Shown in pieces: positions 24,450 through 32,055 of a DNA stretch of 32,055 nt. Location of the stretch: contig JYFJ02004449.1 in NCBI GenBank assembly GCA_000934665.2, forward strand, positions 1 through 32,055. Direction: 5' to 3'. This DNA comes from Catajapyx aquilonaris (lineage: Eukaryota). Numbering within the stretch: position 1 is the first letter of the stretch; every line of letters starts with the position of its first letter. The notes under the pieces were generated by a model, which saw only the letters and a program-made list of their open reading frames with translations, searched no databases and was not told the DNA's origin. A program made the translations under genes and the position numbers.

Positions 24450-26451
24450 ATGCCAGAAAATCAACCAGTTCGGTTCACTGGAGTGCTGAGCGAAGATGAA
24501 GGAGAAATTGCACCCGAAACTATCCACACTATTGATAAGGAAGAATCAGAAGAGAAAAATCCCATCAAAATGGAGCTGGTCTGGAGAAACATTATTGGAT
24601 CCATTTTTATTCACTCATGCGGATTGTACCTGTGCTATCGAATTGTTACAGGACACGTGTCACTTCGGACCTACTTAGTGGGTACGTGCATTTGACCAGA
24701 AGATTATTACAATTTAGCACTAGTTATAATGTGAAATATTTTCCAGGTTTTGCATATGCAACACTATGCAATGTTGGTGTAGCTACAGGTGCACACAGAC
24801 TTTGGGCTCACAGGGGATACAAAGCGAGGCTGCCATTGCGACTTTTCTTATTGCTCTGCCAGACTCTAGCTGTTCAGGTACCGTACGATGCACAATCTCC
24901 GTCATTTTCAACTGAAATAATTGGAAATATCGTTACATCAAGACTTCCACGCAAATCCCAAGTTATGTTTCTCAAAAAAAAGTCATTTTTTTCGCAATGA
25001 CAGCTAAAGAGAGAATATTACTGTCAATTGTTAGATGAAAATAGCCTATACATGAGTTTCCAAATGAGCTTTTATTACTCTCGGGCGGTGCTTCTTCATG
25101 AACGACCTCACATGTTTCTCACAACCAAAAACAGTTACAGCTTAACCCACTTGCACACATACAGCATATGATTGTGATGGCGGTGCAGCAGTCATCAAGC
25201 TGTCTTCATAAATTTCTCTTAAGTCGCAATAAATCCTGAGTGAGTTTCCTGACCCGCTGATCACACGAAATTCTCTCGCTTTTATGGCTTCAAGCGCCTA
25301 ATTTGTACGAATTTGCAGTAGCCTACTAAACCTGTAAATAGTGCGGTGTACCGGTACCTGTCTCCTATGTGGTAAAACCGTTGGTTACATTGCAATTATG
25401 CGGAATTATGTCACTACGCTTGACAGTGTATCTGAATAAAAACTATTTCAACCTTACTGCATATGTGAAAAATTAAGGACAAATTCTATATTTAAAACTA
25501 AATGGCGTATTGCCTATTGCAGAATTCCTTGTATGTGTGGGTGCGTGACCATCGAGTCCACCACAAATTCACTGAAACAAATGCAGATCCGCACAACATA
25601 AAGAGAGGCTTCTTCTTCGCTCACATGGGTTGGCTCATGTGTAGAAAGCATCCTGACGTCATGGAGAAAGGAAAGCATGTGGACATGAGCGACCTTGAGA
25701 AAGATCCGTACATCATGTGGCAGCATAAGTAAGATCTCACCATAAATAATGTGAACTGGCATTATATGTGACTTTTATGTTTTCAGGCATTACATGACAC
25801 TTGCCTACATATCACTTCTGGTGGTGCCAACCTTGTGGATGAAAGCTCTCACATACGAGACATGGTTTACCTGCTGGATGTACAATGGGATGGGAAGATA
25901 CTCTTTACTGCTTAACATGACCTGGTTAATCAACAGCTACGCTCATTACTTTGGGAACAGGCCTTATGACACGTAAGTCAAGCGTAACACATGCTCCTTG
26001 CGCACACACACCCTGCAATTTCCATATTTGCTTGAAGACCTGAAATAATGTTTTTTACCCCTTTCAAGATCCACCAACTTGTTTATTTGTTTGTTTATTT
26101 GCACATTTATTTATCCGCAGGAACATCCAAGCAACAGATTCCCTGGTGATGGGAATGTTGGGTCAAGGAGAAGGTTTCCATAACTATCATCATGTGTTTC
26201 CTTGGGATTACCGGGCGTCCGAGTTGAGATTCTTTCGTGGACTCAATATTATGACTTTGGTGATAGACTTCTTCGCACTGACTGGTTTGGCATACGATCT
26301 TAAGACTGTTTCTCGCAGCATGGCGAAGTCTCGAGCACTTCGAACCGGCGATGGGACACACATGGTGTGGGGCTGGGGAGACAAGGACATTCCTAAGGAC
26401 CACATCAAGATGACCATCACCATTAATCGGACTAAAAACAAGGGACAGTAG
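24450..26451 (+). CDS. Integral-membrane acyl-CoA desaturase, paralog C; 5 coding exons, 361 aa
   Basis: Exons 24450-24681, 24747-24877, 25523-25728, 25787-25972, 26121-26451 (TAG); 1086 nt. N-terminal TGVLSED, LVWRN, His boxes HRLWAH, HRVHH, HNYHH, TWLINSYAH, GEGFHNYHHVFPWDY, WGWGD. Acceptor ttgcag ends at 24436, just before the ATG. Confidence 0.95.
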
Positions 26452-27731
26452 AAAACCATGGGTCGAATTTTCGTCACACTGCTATAGTTACTGAGTATAA
26501 CTTGGTAATACCAGTGCCAATCATGGTGCTGCTAAGTTTAAGCAGTAACTAGCAGTGGGACGAAAATTCCACCCTATATGTTTCTGAAAAGTGGACGCAT
26601 GAATTGTTTCGATGTTTTTTTGAAATGCCAATATGGCCTTGTTCTTATAAATAAGTATGTGAATTGCTAATAAGTTGGATCTACCAAATAAGCTTTGTCT
26701 TATTCATCGCATAGGATATGACCTGGCATTAACATGGCAGTACCTTCTGCAATTGACTTTTACAGGGTGCATAAGTGATGTTTAGTAATGATTCTGACAA
26801 AATGTAAATATATGATGAATGTCTGGCAAACAAAATAAAGGTGTCATATGGTCTATTTAGCCTAAGCTCCCAGTAAGGTATTATACACGCCCTTTTCAGT
26901 TATGACGATAATGGTAGAGGTTGAATAAAGTGCCATATCACATCCTGTTCGGATCTACTCATTCTATTCACTAATAATTCTACTGTATTAAGGGCACATT
27001 AAACAGTGTGCATAGTTGAGATGATGATTCTGATTGTTTCAAACAGTTGCATCATTAGTAGATTTTGAGATTAAAGGATGCTTATTTACAAGTCAGAATG
27101 ATGTACGTTGAACTATCCCACAAAACCAGACGTCCCAAACTGGGTTAAATATAATGCAGCTATGACGGTCGCAGGGTCTCCGGCCTGAGTTGCGTCAAAA
27201 TAACCCAAATGTTGGGTCAATTTTATGACCCCATTTGGGGGGGGGGGGGGGGTAAAAATCTCTACCCTGTTTGGGTTGTTGGTGAACCAATAATAAAGTC
27301 AGAATTTTGTGACTAAATTATTGGGTCATATTATTGGGTCACCATCTGATGAACACTAGTGAATCAGTTCTATAATGATGAGATGATGGGAACAAAAATT
27401 TTGGGTCGCTTTGTTGGGTCACTGCTGACACTACTTGTATAATGGGGAAGTAGCCTTCATTTTGGAAACTACATAATAAATTCGCCCATATTTTTTGGAT
27501 TTTTTTGCATATTCCGTTTTAAGATATCAGTTTCAGTTCCGGAGTAATTGGGGTTTTTATGTAGGGAAATGGTGACGTCACTGTTTCCCTAGTAAATGTT
27601 GACGTCACGCGAAGTGAAATGAACGCAAAAATGGTGTTATAGAACGCGCCCCGTCATTGTTGTAAAATGCTTCGCTGTTGTTAGCAACCATGGTTGTAGA
27701 AGACTCAGGTTAGGTCACTCCCCACCCACCC

Positions 27732-28026
27732 CCTGCCGAGGGGTTTTGCAGTGGGTGCTCACCTGAGACCGCCACGAGACATTTCCCAGAGCTATTATGT
27801 GGCGACCCTACCGGACTAAGGCTGAACTTTATAGGTACGAAAGGGACGAAGCGCTACATGCTGGCCCAACATGGCCGCCGCCGGCCATGTTGGGCCCCCC
27901 AATGTAGCCCTCCCCTTTCGTACCTGTAAAGTTCAGCCTGAGTCCGGTAGGGTCGCCACATAATAGCTCTGGGAAATGTCTCGTGTCGGTCTCAGGTGAG
28001 CACCCACTGCAAAACCCCTCGGCAGG
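27732..28026. repeat. 295-bp near-perfect palindrome (arms about 146 bp, 4-nt loop)
   Basis: cctgccgaggggttttgcagtggg...acatggccg [ccgc, 27878-27881] cggccatgt...cccactgcaaaacccctcggcagg. Only 3 mismatches in the outer about 113 bp, with more divergence near the centre. Confidence 0.97.
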
Positions 28027-29383
28027 TGATAAGCCCAGAAGATAGGGGTAGTGTCCGTGGGCTGTTAGCAACCGTCCCATTCCGTGAGCAAGATAGCGGC
28101 CGGGGCGCGTATTTATTCCAGGCCGCTCAAGTCGCTTCTGGGCTGACAGTGGTGCCAACTGGTAGGAATTATCTGTCACCCGAATTCGGCACATGAAGGC
28201 CCCTTTTCTCCCCCTCGATGGCCTACAGCTGCCTTGCGAATGCTTTCCGTCGCGTCGGCGGTTAATTCAAAGTCAAATTCCTCATATCTCGCAGTCAACC
28301 AGGCATTTCAGTGTACCCTTTCGATTGGCACCACCCGGCTGCCCCGTTTTTCTCGCCAATTTTGAAGGCACTTTTAAATGTGCCGTAATTTATCCAGTAA
28401 TGTCATTTTGATGCAACAGAGTGATAGAATGTATGTTTACAGGCATGGGCTAGCTAGTTATGAACAAAAATCCCAAATCCCAGACCAAGGCTACTTCCCC
28501 ATTCACCTGCCGGGCTGTGACTCCAAGTCCACGTGCAGTATGTGTCTCGATGGGCCTTGTCGGTAGTAGGCCCTGTAATTTCTTATGAAGGCCTGAGGCC
28601 CTGAGCCCCTGAGGCAGAGGTTCTGAAAATAAAATTACCCTGAAAAAAGGTGTAGGACACATCTTCAAATGGAAGCCAAATGAGGCACAATAGTATGGAA
28701 TTATCTCTAGGAATTTTATATTGCGGGAGGGGGTGTCAAAAGAATTACAGTACAGTTGTAAGGAAGACAGCAAGGAATGAACAGGTGAACAGGTAGTAAA
28801 TATCTTTCAAAAATAAGGTTTTAAAATAATGCCTGATTGGTAAAAGTGACTTATTCCTTCCATCCACTTCCATCTAATAGGAATATATATCTGGGTCAAT
28901 AATGAAAAAGGTGCAATTTCATTTCCAAAAAAAAAGGAAATGTCCTTTGAAGAAATAATATTTTAAAATAAAAATAGTTATTACCACTTGTGTTCCCACA
29001 AAAATAACGGTCGAAATCGCAGTCTTATATTTCAATTTGTTTAAATCTTTAAAATTATATAAATGCTGTATCTACAGCTGTGTATACACACAGTTAAGAG
29101 TACAGAGTCTACTTGACCTTGACGAACTAAGTGTGGCACAGGGTATAGAACCGAACCAAGTGGCTAGACAGTTCCCAACATAAATGTAAGCAAATGTAAG
29201 TAATACTTCAAATCGCTTCAAATGCAATGAAACAAGATATGTGTAAATTCAGAGTATACTCGAGATCTATCCGTATGCTTACATCTGACAATAAGTAGTG
29301 TACAGCTGTAAGTGCATTAGAAACAGGGTATAGATGGTCCAAAACATTGAAATAGATTATTAAAAATCATGGTCTTGAACACC

Positions 29384-29384
<1 letters not shown>

Positions 29385-29449
<65 letters not shown>

Positions 29450-29783
29450 TTACGCCGTGATAACCCGATTAGGGTTATTAGGGGAGTGGATTACCACCAT
29501 TTTAGAGACAATTTTCCAATTTTTACTTCAATCTCCGTGCAAGGACTTTCGGGATATAGGGTAGGAAAAGGGATTGTTGGGGAGGGGACACTTGTGCAGG
29601 TGCATTGTCCTAGCCTTTGGGCCATGTGCTGTTCCCCAGGAGGTTAGGTTGCCAGACACCTCCTTGGTGCAGGTCAGAGACCCTCCCGACGCAGGTGAAA
29701 GGAAGTTCCCCAGGTGGGGATCGAACCTGGGGCTTTTCACTCAGCAAGCCGAGACGTTACCATCTCGGCCACCACACCTCCCC
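29385..29783 (-). mobile_element. Full-length tRNA-derived SINE (about 400 bp) with (AAT)21 tail and 15-bp TSD
   Basis: On the minus strand: Pol III A box TGGCCGAGATGG (29771-29760), B box GGTTCGATCCC (29727-29717), 3' stem-loop ATAACCC-taatc-GGGTTAT just before the tail. TSD tggtcttgaacacct (29370-29384) / tggccttgaacatct (29784-29798), 13/15 identical. Confidence 0.88.
29387..29449. repeat. (ATT)21 microsatellite, the SINE tail
   Basis: Perfect trinucleotide run of 63 bp; explains the poly-Ile ORF at 29369. Confidence 0.97.
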
Positions 29784-30500
29784 TGGCCTTGAACATCTGA
29801 CCCCGCCTAAGGGCGCCTGTGGACGGGTAGTGTCCACGGAAGTGACAAACTCTCTGTTTATTCCATGTAAAACGTGGTAAGTTTAGGTTACAAACTTTTA
29901 GTTCAAATGAGTAACCTCTTTGTACCTAATAGCACACGTACTTGAGCAACACTTGAAATTTGAATTGCTTGCAAACATTTACCAGGTGCCACAGATGTGA
30001 CGCACTGATCTCGACACTTCACTAAATCTGACGTTTAGAGCAGAATAACACGCCTTCAAGCAACCAAACCAACAGGCTTTTGATTCAGCTTCTAAATATG
30101 GCTGCATCAGCAAGCAGAAAGACAAAAATCCTGCACATTCCTGGATGATTTTATAACAGCTTTTGTTGTCCACGGTCGGGACGAGAAACCCTGGGACAAA
30201 ATTACTCTTGCAATAAAATCGATGCAATTTGGATAAAATTGACAAAACTACGAAGGTGAAGGTTGGGACAAGCCACGAACGTGACATGTCACGCTCTGTG
30301 ACCTAAAGAAAAATACGAAAGAATTTTCTCAGTACATATTTGTTATGTGCCCCGTATTCCGCAAGTTGAAATCTTATTTTTTTTTGCATGTTATCTGGTA
30401 AGTCCAGAAATTAGCTGGGACATGAAATTGTAGGTTTTTTTTTCACTATTTACCCACCTGACACCTAGCCCTGGTCACGCGCCCTTCCCTATAGGAAAAA

Positions 30501-30617
30501 TCAAAGGGGTTAATCACTCGACTCTACAGCTTATACGGAGTACCAAATTCAAGGGGTATCAAGGAGTACCTTCCACTGCAGGTGTACACCGGAGTACCGA
30601 AGTGGTTAACCCCTTGA
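30501..30617. repeat. Small inverted-repeat element (MITE-like)
   Basis: tcaaaggggttaatcact (30501-30518) vs agtggttaaccccttga (30601-30617), with three internal ggagtacc direct repeats. Confidence 0.5.
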
Positions 30618-30760
30618 TGTTGACAAATACATAATTTAGCATTAATATATCCTCCATTTTAAATATACTTTTAAACGTAATAGTGTTTCTTACAACAATG
30701 TATTGTGTGCTTTAGATGCAAATAATATTCAAGTGGGTTTCTTCAATTTTCTCTCTCTCT

Positions 30761-30793
30761 CCCCCCCCCCCCCTACCACNCCCCCCCTACCAC
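30761..30793. other. Probable assembly join (single N in a poly-C tract)
   Basis: N at 30780 with ccccccctaccac duplicated on both sides. Confidence 0.7.
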
Positions 30794-32055
30794 ATACCAA
30801 GTAGATTTGGATATGGTGCGTGAACCATATGGTATAGGAAGCATAAGTAATCACGTGCAAACACCCTGATGACACGCAACAAGAACGACACTTCCTAAGT
30901 TATACCGTTGTCAGCATGTCGTACAATATCGCTCCTTAGAGTTATCAGTGATAGGGCGAAGTAACAAACCATCCAGCGCCTTTTATCAACACAATCTGAT
31001 CATCAACTGGATTGTTCTTTAACAAAATCTTCAAGGAAGTATAAATAATGGAATTTTCGATTAACCACTACAATATAATTATTTCATGTCACAATTTTAT
31101 AAAAAATGAAATACACCGATTTATACTTCAATGTTTAGAAAAACATTGATAAACGAGCCATTCAGTACTTAATATGGGTTGTATTGCCTCCTTCCTTCGG
31201 GAAATGCATAAAACGAGTCTTCCACATACCTGAATTCTGATTAGGGAATATTTTAATAGAATTAATCAATTGTTATGTAACCGTTGTTGATTAAGAAGTG
31301 ATTCATCTCATAAATCTCGCCCAGCATTTATAAATATCGCAGACCTGATATTCAACGTTTTAAGCAATGTCGCTGGAAACGTTGAGGCCGTCATCAATGT
31401 GATCAAGGGAGTGGTAAAATCTTGGGTAAAATGCAATACACACGTACAGTAAGTACTCTGGAGCCTCTCTGGATATTGTGATAATATATCAGATAATAAT
31501 AATCGTATGATTCAAATCGAATGAGGGTTCAATACTTCACACCCATCAGCTGTACTTTGCACAACATACCTCCGTACCCTCTGCCGTATAAGATTACATG
31601 ATTAGAGTATAAAAAGGGCTCCACGAAGCTCACTTGGTATCATTTCCTTCACGGAAGAGTTGTGCGATACATCTCGAGCCTTCTCAGGAACTATTTCCAA
31701 ATGCATCCAACCATGGCCACCCAGGTTTTATACAGGTTTGTACCGAGTACTCCCACTTTTATTCCGTAACTATGTTCCTTTCCAAACATGTTTTTGGTTT
31801 CCACTCCAGTCAACTTGTTCGGTTAAATTTCAAAATGTATTCCATGCACTTACATAACAGTAGCATTGCATTCCTAATTTTAAGTGTTTAATTTTTCTTC
31901 TTAAGAGTCCACAACTTGTAGCCTAATTTTAAAATATATTCGGCATGAAGAATCTAATTATTAATTACGCAAATTATACTTCAGGCAAACAAGCATAACA
32001 AGGACGCTGAAGGTGTCGACACCCACTGGCGTCCTGAGTGAAGATGACGTCGACG

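Noticed and set aside
27829..28411. ORFs over the palindrome and GC-rich tract
   Set aside because: No recognisable domain; open frames are expected in GC-rich repeat DNA.
29369..29880. Poly-Ile ORF and overlapping ORFs
   Set aside because: Translation of the (ATT)21 tail and body of the SINE.
29979..30293. 102-aa minus-strand ORF and cgtgacatgtcacg palindrome
   Set aside because: No recognisable homology; possibly decayed transposon sequence but unsupported.
30900..31830. Possible exon-like or decayed coding segments, e.g. plus strand 31343-31449 LIFNVLSNVAGNVEAVINVIKGVVKSW between AG and GTAAGT
   Set aside because: I could not link them into a gene or recognise a family. blastx and RNA-seq would be needed.

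Overview
Eukaryotic, intron-containing genomic DNA from an arthropod, most likely an insect. I reconstructed four intact genes by hand from GT-AG splice sites with consistent reading phases. One is a 15-exon, 943-aa type II membrane M1 zinc aminopeptidase (glutamyl aminopeptidase-like, minus strand, 1486-7178). The other three form a cluster of 5-exon integral-membrane acyl-CoA ('first'/Delta9-family) desaturases: A, minus, 10207-12273; B, minus, 16968-18334; C, plus, 24450-26451. The main structure not shown by the ORF track is at 7806-9160. It holds a collapsed collinear relic of desaturase A followed by a collapsed collinear relic of the aminopeptidase, which is the footprint of an old tandem duplication of the two-gene unit with reciprocal loss. 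Mobile and repeat DNA includes an 897-bp non-autonomous hAT element with TSD just 3' of the desaturase A stop, a full-length tRNA-derived SINE with a 15-bp TSD, a 182-bp TSD-flanked retroposon fragment in an aminopeptidase intron, a 295-bp near-perfect palindrome and a 115-160-bp hairpin. I found no prokaryote-type system (CRISPR, operon) and nothing that proves a wholly new biological system. The best candidates for novelty are the divergent desaturase trio, the duplication relic and the large palindrome.
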